The notes: generated by a model from the letters alone, not told the origin. A stretch of DNA of 48,893 nucleotides from a virus (IMGVR_UViG_3300043764_000023:1-48893), one strand, 5' to 3'. Counted from the first letter of the stretch, positions 9,219-17,679 are shown. Translations and numbers: made by a program.

Positions 9219-9248
9219 TTGACCGATGTATAACATATGGTTTATGCT
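9219..9248 (+). promoter_or_regulatory. Sigma-A-like promoter, 18-bp spacer
   Basis: TTGACC-18-TATGCT. Confidence 0.6.
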
Positions 9249-9291
9249 ATATATCAGTTGGATAAACTTAACAATTAGGAGGATGGGAATT

Positions 9292-9801
9292 ATGTCATTT
9301 TTAACAACAGATTACACAGAAGTAAAAGAAGGCGGAAACGGTGGAGATTTTCAGCCACTACCGATTGGAGATTATGAGGTATTAGTATCAAAGGTTGAAA
9401 TGAAGAAAACGCAGAACAAAGTCGATATGATTAGTTTAGAGCTAACTGTTCGTGACGATGTGGCTCAGGAAGGCAAAAAACGTAAGTTCTTTGATAACTT
9501 ACCAATCATGCCACAACTAATGTGGAAAATTCAAACGATTTCAAAACACGCAGGTTTCCCAGTAGGTCAAGAGTTTGCTACACCTGCGGACTTTGCAAAA
9601 GCACTTCAGTACAAATGTTTCTCAATCCGTAACAAGCACGAAGAATACAACGGAAAAACAAGTGACCGAGTTGCTTACTACAACGCTTCCAAACATCCTT
9701 TAGCAAGTGGTGGTTCATCTAGTGACCCATTTGCAAACAATGACCCGTTCGCTCAAACAGGGAAGACAATAGATATTCAGGAATCTGATCTACCTTTCTG
9801 A
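9292..9801 (+). CDS. DUF669-type ssDNA-binding protein
   Basis: FQPLPIGDYEV, acidic DLPF tail; start revised to ATG 9292 after AGGAGG. Confidence 0.8.
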   Translation: MSFLTTDYTEVKEGGNGGDFQPLPIGDYEVLVSKVEMKKTQNKVDMISLELTVRDDVAQEGKKRKFFDNLPIMPQLMWKIQTISKHAGFPVGQEFATPADFAKALQYKCFSIRNKHEEYNGKTSDRVAYYNASKHPLASGGSSSDPFANNDPFAQTGKTIDIQESDLPF

Positions 9802-10322
9802 TGTGGAAACCAGTCGTAGGTTACGAAGGAATTTATGAGGTAAGTAAAGATGGTCAAGTTAGGACAGTTGAAGGAAAAACAACTTTCACTGAACGTCATG
9901 GAAAACGAAAATGGAAGCAACGAGTACTAAAACAGAAAGTATCTAAAGACAAGACCTGTAGAGTTAACTTATGGAAAGATGGAAAAGACAGAACATGGCT
10001 AGTTCATAGAGTTGTGGCACTAGCTTTCATACCATTGATTGAAGGTAAAGATTATATAAACCATAAAGATGGAAGTAGATTAAACAACCATATAGATAAT
10101 CTTGAATGGTGCGATCATACCGAAAACAATAACCATGCATTTACAACTGGTTTGATAACATCTAATCATCCGGTAACTTTAGTAAATACAGAAACTAAAG
10201 AAGAACTTAAATTTAGGAGTAAAGCTAAAGCAAGTAAATTTTTAGGTAAAACTGAAAATTTTGTATCCTCTTTACTGCTAAAGAATAAAACAACTTATCA
10301 AAGTTGGGAAATAAAGATATAA
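9801..10322 (+). CDS. NUMOD4-HNH homing endonuclease
   Basis: WKPVVGYEGIYEVSKDGQVR, VHRVVALAF, INHKDG..LNN..DNLEWC. Confidence 0.9.
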   Translation: MWKPVVGYEGIYEVSKDGQVRTVEGKTTFTERHGKRKWKQRVLKQKVSKDKTCRVNLWKDGKDRTWLVHRVVALAFIPLIEGKDYINHKDGSRLNNHIDNLEWCDHTENNNHAFTTGLITSNHPVTLVNTETKEELKFRSKAKASKFLGKTENFVSSLLLKNKTTYQSWEIKI

Positions 10323-10329
10323 AATCGCT

Positions 10330-10735
10330 GGTAACTGAGATTAATTTCTCAGTTATCTAAGGTACTCTAGGAACGTTTTCGACTGGTATCGGGTAATCGT
10401 TGGTTCGATATGCCGACCGAAAAAACTACTGTAACTAGGATTTTCGTCTAGTATTAGAGTCCTTTAGATAGCTGAGAAGTGAAGAATCTCGGTTACTGAA
10501 CGAGCCTACCTTAAAGGGGTTTTAACGACCTCCAATTGTTCTCCCCATAAGGTGGGTGCGTTGAGTAACCGAAGTAAGCTACTTGGTTATTGAATAAGGT
10601 ACTCCAAAAACGGGCATGAACTCGATAGGGAATAAACTCACCCAGCTTCTCGTAAGAAGCACCCACGATGTTTCAATAAGTCCCTAGTATGACTGGACAC
10701 TCAGCAAATGGAGTACTTTATTGAGTAACTGAGTA
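10330..10735 (+). ncRNA. Structured non-coding repeat array (palindromic repeats enclosing three long hairpin cargos)
   Basis: Four RRTARCYGA arms and three complementary arms; three ~25-bp stems whose non-WC pairs are mostly G-U on the + strand. Confidence 0.7.
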
Positions 10736-10754
10736 AAACAAGGGGAGGATCACC

Positions 10755-13583
10755 ATGTTCTTTGAACAATTTTTTAGTAATCGGGGTGAAGATACAACTC
10801 CGAACGAACTAGGGGAAGTAAACGTACAGTGTCCTTTCCCTCATAGTGACGGACTTCCGTCAGATAAGCGTAACGCTTGGTATAACGATGAAAAACGAGT
10901 ATTCCATTGCTTTGCTTGTGCTGCGGCTGAACGAAGCAAAGGAATGTCTGAGATCACGTTTATCGCAAAGCTATACAATACAACCTACGACCATGCGATT
11001 CAGCTTAGTAAACTTCACAGTTCAGCTCACCTAGATGGAGGACTAGAGAGTTCGACTGAAGGATTACTTAAAGTGCCCGAGTACATCGAGTTTTTAGCAA
11101 ATAGGGGAATTACAATCGACACAATTAAAAAGTATCAGCTAGGGTACAACGGGGAAGGAATCACTTACCCGATCATCTTAAATGGTATCCATATCGAAAA
11201 TAGAACTTACTATGTGAACCGAACTGGCGACGAACCAAAGATTAAAGGTGAAAAAGGGGGAAAAGCTCTTTTATTCCCTTACGATCACTGGGTAAACGAC
11301 AACAGAACGACTCTACTATGTGCTGGCGAAAACGACACGCTCTTAGCTAGACAAAACGGGTTCAACGCTGTTACGTCGACTTTAGGTGAAGGGAGTATTC
11401 CAAAGCTAATCCTCAATAAATTTAAGGATCGTGAAGTAGTCATTTGTTACGACTGTGACGATGCAGGAAAACGCTCATCTAAACGCATGGCTTACTACCT
11501 AAGAGAAGCAGGAGCTATTGTTAGGGTCATGAATCTAGGTCTTAGTGGTGAAAAAGATGATAAAGACATAACAGACTTTTTTATAACGCAAAATAAATCA
11601 ATTTCTGCGTTTACGGAGCTATTTAATACCGCTGGTATCTTTACTGAAGACGAATTCGTTGAACAAAAGAACAAAGAGTACCCTCTCATTAACTTATGGG
11701 AAGTAACTGACCCAAGCTATCACAACAAGTACATATCATCACGAGTTAGTATGATGGGGCAAAATGAAACAACATATGAACTAACAACAGAACTTGAGTG
11801 GAAATGCACAGATAAGGTAGAAGGCTGTAAGGTTTGCGAAACTTGTTATATGGCGAAGAAAAGTGGATCATGGTCACTTTCTTATGGCAACCTGCGGGAT
11901 ATGCTGAAACTAATTGAGGTAAAAGACGACGAAAAAGAGAAGAACATGCGTAAAGCCATCGGACTTCCACCACAGTGTCCTAGACCAAACATTAAACCAC
12001 TTTCCATCAAAACGGTCACAAAAGCATTTTTAACACCCGATGTTGAAACAGAAAGTGAATTAAGTGGCTATCGTGAGATCACAGCAACTAGCTACATCAT
12101 TCAGCATAAACTTGAAGCTGGGAATAAATACCGAGTTTTCTTTAAGCGTTACGCTCACCCAAAAGACCAAACGACAGTACTCGTTGTCGATAAAGTTGAG
12201 GAATCCGATAACGCAATTAACACGTTTAAAGTAACTCCTGAGTTTAAAGAACGCTTGAAAGAGTGGCAAGGTCATCCAAAAGAAGTGATGGAAAAACGGT
12301 ATCGTGTACTAGCTCAGGGGTTAGTTGGAAAATATATTCCAAGAGATATTTACTTTGCAGCAGAGCTTGTTTACCATAGCGTTCTTGATTTAAAGTTCAT
12401 GGGAAAAATGATTAAAGGTCATCCTGAAATTCTAATTGTCGGTGCTTCTCGTACTGGTAAATCAGAAATAGCGAAGAAGCTAAACAATTTCTATCAGCTT
12501 GGGAATATGACGGATGCTAAAACAATGACCATTTCAGGAGCTTTAGGCGGAGCGGACCAAACACTTGGAGGTTTCCGCATTAAATGGGGGATTATCCCAC
12601 GAAATCATAGAGGGATGTTGATACTAGATGAAGTCAGTGGATTACCAAAAGAAGTCATTAAAGCACTCACACCTGTTCGAAGCGAACGAATTGCAAAAGT
12701 CGAGAAAATTATCAGCGGAACAGCTCCCGCAAAAACCCGTATGTTATGGATTGGGAATCCAGCAACCGATAAAAATGGAAACAGTAAAAGTGTTAGGGAT
12801 TACGCACATGGAATCCAAGTCTGTACAGAACTCATCGGGGCACATGAGGACATCAACCGCTTCGATGCAATTGTACTCGTCGCAGACCCGCCTGAGTACA
12901 TATCTCCGCTCAATGAAGACGGGAGTGTACCTGAGGAAGAACAGTTACCTGAGGAACTTAGAGAACTTATCAGATGGTGCTGGTCAAGAACAGAAGGACA
13001 AGTAAAGTTCGAGGATAAACTTGAAAGATATATCGAACATAAAAACAACGAAATGCACAAATTATTTAAGTCTGAAGTAAAGATATTAGACGTTGAAGGG
13101 GTACAAAAGATTGCGAAGATGGCAACGAGTGTTGCTGCTTGTTGTTTTTCGGCAACGGAAAGCGGAGAAGAAATTTATGTGAAGAAAGAGCATGTTGACT
13201 GGGTAGTTGGTTTCTTATATCACCTCTATGATAACGATTACTTTCGATTAAGAGAATACTCATACAAACAACGTCAAGCATCTGAAACAGACCCATCAAA
13301 TAATGTATATGTTGCAGGTCTTATGAGAAATTACCCAATGTTAATCGGAACACTTCAAGAAAGTATCGAAGATATGAGTAACTATGATCTTCAGATTATT
13401 TCAGGAGTACCGAAAGACGATTTTTCGAGTGTGATTAGCGGTCTTGTTCGAAGTAACAATGCAAAAATAACGAAAAAAGGCATAACCCCTACACCGAGGT
13501 TACGCCAAGCGATTAAAGAGAATCGCAAGAATTATCAAAATCAGACGCTCACCCCATTACATGAACAGGGAGGGTTTTACTAA
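10755..13583 (+). CDS. Primase (Zn finger + TOPRIM) fused to MCM-type AAA+ helicase
   Basis: CPFPH..CFAC, GENDTL, YDCDDAG; Cys-rich middle domain; GASRTGKS, WGIIPRNHRGMLILDE, NRFD. Confidence 0.85.
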   Translation: MFFEQFFSNRGEDTTPNELGEVNVQCPFPHSDGLPSDKRNAWYNDEKRVFHCFACAAAERSKGMSEITFIAKLYNTTYDHAIQLSKLHSSAHLDGGLESSTEGLLKVPEYIEFLANRGITIDTIKKYQLGYNGEGITYPIILNGIHIENRTYYVNRTGDEPKIKGEKGGKALLFPYDHWVNDNRTTLLCAGENDTLLARQNGFNAVTSTLGEGSIPKLILNKFKDREVVICYDCDDAGKRSSKRMAYYLREAGAIVRVMNLGLSGEKDDKDITDFFITQNKSISAFTELFNTAGIFTEDEFVEQKNKEYPLINLWEVTDPSYHNKYISSRVSMMGQNETTYELTTELEWKCTDKVEGCKVCETCYMAKKSGSWSLSYGNLRDMLKLIEVKDDEKEKNMRKAIGLPPQCPRPNIKPLSIKTVTKAFLTPDVETESELSGYREITATSYIIQHKLEAGNKYRVFFKRYAHPKDQTTVLVVDKVEESDNAINTFKVTPEFKERLKEWQGHPKEVMEKRYRVLAQGLVGKYIPRDIYFAAELVYHSVLDLKFMGKMIKGHPEILIVGASRTGKSEIAKKLNNFYQLGNMTDAKTMTISGALGGADQTLGGFRIKWGIIPRNHRGMLILDEVSGLPKEVIKALTPVRSERIAKVEKIISGTAPAKTRMLWIGNPATDKNGNSKSVRDYAHGIQVCTELIGAHEDINRFDAIVLVADPPEYISPLNEDGSVPEEEQLPEELRELIRWCWSRTEGQVKFEDKLERYIEHKNNEMHKLFKSEVKILDVEGVQKIAKMATSVAACCFSATESGEEIYVKKEHVDWVVGFLYHLYDNDYFRLREYSYKQRQASETDPSNNVYVAGLMRNYPMLIGTLQESIEDMSNYDLQIISGVPKDDFSSVISGLVRSNNAKITKKGITPTPRLRQAIKENRKNYQNQTLTPLHEQGGFY

Positions 13584-15712
13584 TGAGTAGTATTGAAATC
13601 GCTGGTAACTTGTACACTATAAAGTATATCCACGACGGAGAAGAAATATTCCAAGAATTACAAAATAAAAAACCAACTTTTTTCACATATGATGTGGAAA
13701 CAACAGGACTTCATGTAAAAGCAGATCGCCCCTTTATGGGGGGCATCTGCTTTGATAGAGAGGTTTACTTATTTGACACGACATATGACATATTGCGTTG
13801 GTTTCCAAAATGGCAAAGCTGCGTAAAATTCGTTTTAAACCATAATATCTGCTTCGACTTAAACATGACAGCAAATATCATCGGTGAGGACTTTATGCGA
13901 TTTGGTAACTACATGGACTCAATGTTATTGGTTAGATTATCAACGGAAACAAAAAGTGCAAGACGGGGTGGTATTAGCTTAAAACTGAAGAGTTTAGGTG
14001 CAAAATTTATCGACCCTCACGCAAACAGATATGAACTTTCTCTAAAACAAGAGCTGAAAGTCCTAAATAAAGAACGAAATAAAATGAAAAAAGTGTACTT
14101 AAAAGAAGTTGGTCTTACAGTTAAAGCCTTTAACGAAATAAAGGAAGAGGATTACGATAGCGAACTAATTGAAGTACTTGAACAATGGAACGAAGATTAC
14201 CCATCAGCAAGCTACGATCAGGTATCCCTTGAAGTTCTTCATCCCTACCTTGCAGTTGACGTAATCTTACCACAGCTCTTAGCTGAGAAATGTTTTCCGA
14301 TTATTAAAGAGCGAAAGCACAGCAAGGTGTTAATTGAAGAAAGCAAGCTAATCCCAATTGTTGTCCGTATGGCGAGAGTTGGAATGAAAGTGGATAAAGA
14401 ATACTTACTAAAAAGCAAGAAAGTTCTTACTGACGAGATAGATCGACTATACAAAGAGCTATGGTCAATTATGGGTGATGAGATTAAAGTTGGTCAGCAT
14501 AAGAGGATTAAAGAGTATTACTTAATAAAAGGAATCACTTTAGCTAAAAGCGACTCAGACCATTTATCACAAGTAGGTGATCGTGAGAGTCAGCTAATTA
14601 TCAAACTACGAACGCTTGATAAATGGCGAAGCACCTACATTGATAAAATCTTGCGTGATAGCAAACATGACGGGCGATTTTACAGTATGCTTCAGGCATT
14701 TTCGACTGCTTCAGGTCGTTTTTCGGGTGATAGTCAGCAGTTCCCTAAGTTCCCGCTGATGAGAGAAGATAATGAGGAAGAAGAATTATATAACCCAAGA
14801 CGAGCGTTTTTAGGCGAATGGGTATTTGCTGATTTTTCACAGCAGGAGCTTAGAGTAGCTTGTCATTATGCACTCCAACTAGGTGTAGAGGACTTTAATC
14901 TTTTTAGAGCATACATGCCTTATAAGTGTTTTCATTATATGACGGGTGAACCTTATGTAAAAGAAACATCTGATTGGCATGAAATAAGACCTGAGTTTAC
15001 GATTGAGCAGTTAGATAAACAAATGAAAGAAGCTGGCGACAAAGACCCGCGAAATGAAAATGCAGCAAGAAAGTATGGGTGGTCAGTTTGGTGTACTGAA
15101 GCTGGTGAAGTATGGCGACCTACCGACCTTCATAGTTCGACAGCAAAGAAAACACTTGAACTATTAGGATTAGATATAAAAGAAGGCGACAAAGAGTGGA
15201 AAAAATGGCGAGGTATGGCAAAAACAACGAACTTCGGAAAATTATATGGAGCGATGCCAAAAGCCCTTGTGGAACAACTTAAAGTTGAATACGAGATAGC
15301 TCAGGCATTATCCGATGGTTATTACGAAGCGTTCCCAAGTCTTAAAGTATATGCTGATAAAATTGATGTTGCAATGAGAGCGAAAGGGTATGTGTCGAAC
15401 TTATATGGACGATGTTACTACATGAATGACAGTAGAGATTTCTATATAGCTGGTAACTCAATCATTCAAGGATCATGTGCAAGTGATGTAAAGTCAAAGA
15501 TGGTCAGAATAGATGAATACTTATATGAAGTAAAAGCAAAAACAGAAATGGTCTTAACGATCCATGATGAGATTGTTTTTACGAAGGTTGAAGGGGAAGA
15601 ACATATTATTGACCATGTTGTGAAAAACATTATGGAAGATAGCAATAACTTACTTGTACCACTCGTTTCTGAAGTTGAAACAACCATAACGTCGTGGGCA
15701 GAAAAATGCTGA
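13583..15712 (+). CDS. DNA polymerase family A with 3'-5' exonuclease
   Basis: YDVETTGL, HNICFD, TASGRFS, DFSQQELR, RGMAKTTNFGKLYG, TIHDE. Confidence 0.95.
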   Translation: MSSIEIAGNLYTIKYIHDGEEIFQELQNKKPTFFTYDVETTGLHVKADRPFMGGICFDREVYLFDTTYDILRWFPKWQSCVKFVLNHNICFDLNMTANIIGEDFMRFGNYMDSMLLVRLSTETKSARRGGISLKLKSLGAKFIDPHANRYELSLKQELKVLNKERNKMKKVYLKEVGLTVKAFNEIKEEDYDSELIEVLEQWNEDYPSASYDQVSLEVLHPYLAVDVILPQLLAEKCFPIIKERKHSKVLIEESKLIPIVVRMARVGMKVDKEYLLKSKKVLTDEIDRLYKELWSIMGDEIKVGQHKRIKEYYLIKGITLAKSDSDHLSQVGDRESQLIIKLRTLDKWRSTYIDKILRDSKHDGRFYSMLQAFSTASGRFSGDSQQFPKFPLMREDNEEEELYNPRRAFLGEWVFADFSQQELRVACHYALQLGVEDFNLFRAYMPYKCFHYMTGEPYVKETSDWHEIRPEFTIEQLDKQMKEAGDKDPRNENAARKYGWSVWCTEAGEVWRPTDLHSSTAKKTLELLGLDIKEGDKEWKKWRGMAKTTNFGKLYGAMPKALVEQLKVEYEIAQALSDGYYEAFPSLKVYADKIDVAMRAKGYVSNLYGRCYYMNDSRDFYIAGNSIIQGSCASDVKSKMVRIDEYLYEVKAKTEMVLTIHDEIVFTKVEGEEHIIDHVVKNIMEDSNNLLVPLVSEVETTITSWAEKC

Positions 15713-15743
15713 ACATAAGGTAAATAAAATGCACTAAGAAAGG

Positions 15744-15977
15744 ATGATAAGTTTGGAAACAAAAATTGAATTAGGTACAAAAGTTGAAGATTGGCACAAT
15801 GATAGAAAAGTTGGTACTTACATTGTATCCATTATCCCTTCTTTTGATAGAACTAACGAGTCAAGATATGCATTAGTAAACATCAATGGTAGAGGATTGG
15901 GGAATGGATATTTTAATACTTTAGGTGAGTTAGAAGAAGTTGTTTTAAATGATAGTTCATTTAAAGTTATTGATTAA
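15744..15977 (+). CDS. Hypothetical cassette protein
   Basis: AT-rich ORF; start may be the TTG at 15753. Confidence 0.65.
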   Translation: MISLETKIELGTKVEDWHNDRKVGTYIVSIIPSFDRTNESRYALVNINGRGLGNGYFNTLGELEEVVLNDSSFKVID

Positions 15978-15984
15978 TTTGTGG

Positions 15985-16214
15985 CACATTACGGTCATAC
16001 CAGTAGGTAAATGAAGTGCAGTAAGAAAGGGGAATAAATATGAAAGTTATTTTTTATGAAAACATGACAGATGATAATGGGTTAGTTATCTTTCAAGCAG
16101 ATATACCGTATTTAGTTGAAAATGAAATTGTTGAAAATGAAGATGGGGTAAAAGTAAAAATTGATGAAATTTGGGTAGACCACCATTTTGAAGATTAGTA
16201 CACATTACGGTCAT
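15985..16214 (+). repeat. 14-bp direct repeat CACATTACGGTCAT (15985-15998, 16201-16214)
   Basis: Exact copies follow the stop codons of two consecutive small ORFs. Confidence 0.85.
16040..16198 (+). CDS. Small acidic hypothetical protein (52 aa)
   Basis: AAAGGGG RBS; MKVIFYENMTDDNG... Confidence 0.65.
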   Translation: MKVIFYENMTDDNGLVIFQADIPYLVENEIVENEDGVKVKIDEIWVDHHFED

Positions 16215-16239
16215 TAAACGACAATAGGAGGAATTTAAA

Positions 16240-16377
16240 ATGGGAGAAACTTATGTTCAATTAACAATCTTTGATTTTATAGAGGAAGGGGAGGAAGGAA
16301 ATGTTAACACTTCAGCAACAGGAGCTAGTGGAGAACAACTTAAAACTAGCCTACCACAGGTCACACAAATGGCATAA
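16240..16377 (+). CDS. Small peptide with QLTIFDF clamp-binding-like motif (45 aa)
   Basis: AGGAGG RBS; MGETYVQLTIFDFIEEGEEG...; overlaps the start of the sigma gene in another frame. Confidence 0.5.
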   Translation: MGETYVQLTIFDFIEEGEEGNVNTSATGASGEQLKTSLPQVTQMA

Positions 16378-16867
16378 AAAACTAAAAGGAACACTCTATG
16401 AACTTGAGCTAGAGGAATGTATCAGTATTTCAATTGAAGCTATGTGCAGGTCAGCAAGAAGGTGGGATGAAAACGGAGAAGGTAGTTTCGTTAATTATAC
16501 GATCCATGCGATTGATAATAAATTCACCGATTTACTGAAAAAGAAGAACCGAATCAAAAGGAGAAGTGGGGTTGTTGCTTCACTTGATGAACCATTCTCA
16601 GCTACTAAACAAAATGATATGGAGATAACACTACATGATATAGTAAGCAAGTCTCTTAGCGAAGACATAATCTTATGGAACGCACAAATTCAGCAAGTTT
16701 TTCAGCATTTAAACGCAGTTGAAATCGACATTTTAACAAAATACTACTTATATAACGAAACACAAGAAGAAATTGCAGCAAGTATCGGTACGTCGTACCA
16801 AGCAGTACAGCAAAAAATAGCTAGAACAATCAAAAAATGTCAGAAAATTCTTGTCATAAATGAGTAA
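16301..16867 (+). CDS. RNA polymerase sigma-70 family factor (sporulation-sigma-like)
   Basis: LVENNLKLA, RWD...SFVNY, SLDEP, region 4 HTH TQEEIAASIGTSYQAV. Confidence 0.88.
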   Translation: MLTLQQQELVENNLKLAYHRSHKWHKKLKGTLYELELEECISISIEAMCRSARRWDENGEGSFVNYTIHAIDNKFTDLLKKKNRIKRRSGVVASLDEPFSATKQNDMEITLHDIVSKSLSEDIILWNAQIQQVFQHLNAVEIDILTKYYLYNETQEEIAASIGTSYQAVQQKIARTIKKCQKILVINE

Positions 16868-16879
16868 ATATGGTAATAT
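16851..16879 (+). promoter_or_regulatory. Sigma-A promoter for a non-coding region
   Basis: TTGTCA-17-TAATAT with TG extension; CodY-like box at 16835-16849. Confidence 0.5.
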
Positions 16880-16995
16880 TAAACTATTCCGTAAGATTTT
16901 GCTTTAACAATAATAGGAAAGGAGTTGACTAATCACCTTCAAATTTCCTAATTATTCGTTTGACAAATTCTGAATCTGATATACTTATGTGGTTA

Positions 16996-17031
16996 TACCC
17001 TCTGTCTGATCCGCAGAGGGTACTTTTTTTT
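16996..17031 (+). terminator. Rho-independent terminator
   Basis: TACCCTCTG-loop-CAGAGGGTA followed by C and T8. Confidence 0.85.
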
Positions 17032-17032
17032 G

Positions 17033-17061
17033 TTGACCGAGTTTTCAGAATAGTGTAAACT
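17033..17061 (+). promoter_or_regulatory. Sigma-A promoter for a ~55-nt RNA
   Basis: TTGACC-17-TAAACT. Confidence 0.55.
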
Positions 17062-17086
17062 AATGATAAGCCTGATACATTGACTT

Positions 17087-17123
17087 GAAGCCTACTGCGG
17101 AAACAGTAGACTTCTTTTTTTTT
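17087..17123. terminator. Terminator between convergent units
   Basis: GAAGCCTACTG-cggaaa-CAGTAGACTTC followed by a T run on the + strand. Confidence 0.75.
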
Positions 17124-17679
17124 ATGTGTACACTTCTTTCGGAACGTTCATTCGTTCAATGGTAAATCCGCTTGGAATCGTTAATTTATCATACCGATTA
17201 TCTGATATAAGTAGGAAAGTCTTTGCATCGTGGAGCTGTGCTTTGAAGGTTTTCACAAAGGAGTCAATTTTCTTTTGCATTTTAGCGTGGCTAATCGGAG
17301 TTAACTGAATTTCAACGCAGTAAGGGACGTTGTTTCCGTCCCTCATGTATACGTCAGGTCTGTATTCCCCTATCACTGGTTCAGGTACAAAGTGGTCAGG
17401 ACACCCGTAGGTAATATAAAAATCAACAATCTTCAGGTAATGCGTGATTTTAACCGTTCTTGGGTGGATAATACTTGGGTTTGGCATATAAATATAGGGT
17501 TTATCACGCTCACGAATGATTTGATTAATCGCTCCCGTAATACTCATTCGCTTCAGTACTCTATTTACAACGTTAATTGGATTACTATTTTCACTGCAAG
17601 TCAGGTAAGCTAACTGATTTCTTGAGCAAACCTTGAACTCTTTCAGATAATGCTGAATCACTCTGTCCCTTTTCATCAT
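17122..17679 (-). CDS. Replication-relaxation family protein (wHTH + PD-(D/E)xK)
   Basis: N-terminal wHTH, H.L.IVDFY, RPDVY...YCVEIQ; typical partner of phage FtsK. Confidence 0.75.
   Translation of the reverse strand: MMKRDRVIQHYLKEFKVCSRNQLAYLTCSENSNPINVVNRVLKRMSITGAINQIIRERDKPYIYMPNPSIIHPRTVKITHYLKIVDFYITYGCPDHFVPEPVIGEYRPDVYMRDGNNVPYCVEIQLTPISHAKMQKKIDSFVKTFKAQLHDAKTFLLISDNRYDKLTIPSGFTIERMNVPKEVYT

Noticed and set aside
9801-10322. Group I intron around the HNH gene
   Set aside because: Flanking genes appear complete (DLPF tail upstream, own RBS downstream) and no P7 core motifs were recognised.
10399-10417. tRNA gene suggested by GGTTCGAT
   Set aside because: No cloverleaf, acceptor stem or CCA could be built around it.
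10330-10735. CRISPR array, attC cassette array or dif-like sites
   Set aside because: Repeats are degenerate with variable loops (6, 9 and 3 nt), spacers are 66-132 nt and self-complementary, and there is no cas operon or tyrosine recombinase; G-U bias points to RNA structure.
14880-15125. Intein in the polymerase
   Set aside because: Too short, with no C/S start or HN-C/S/T end.
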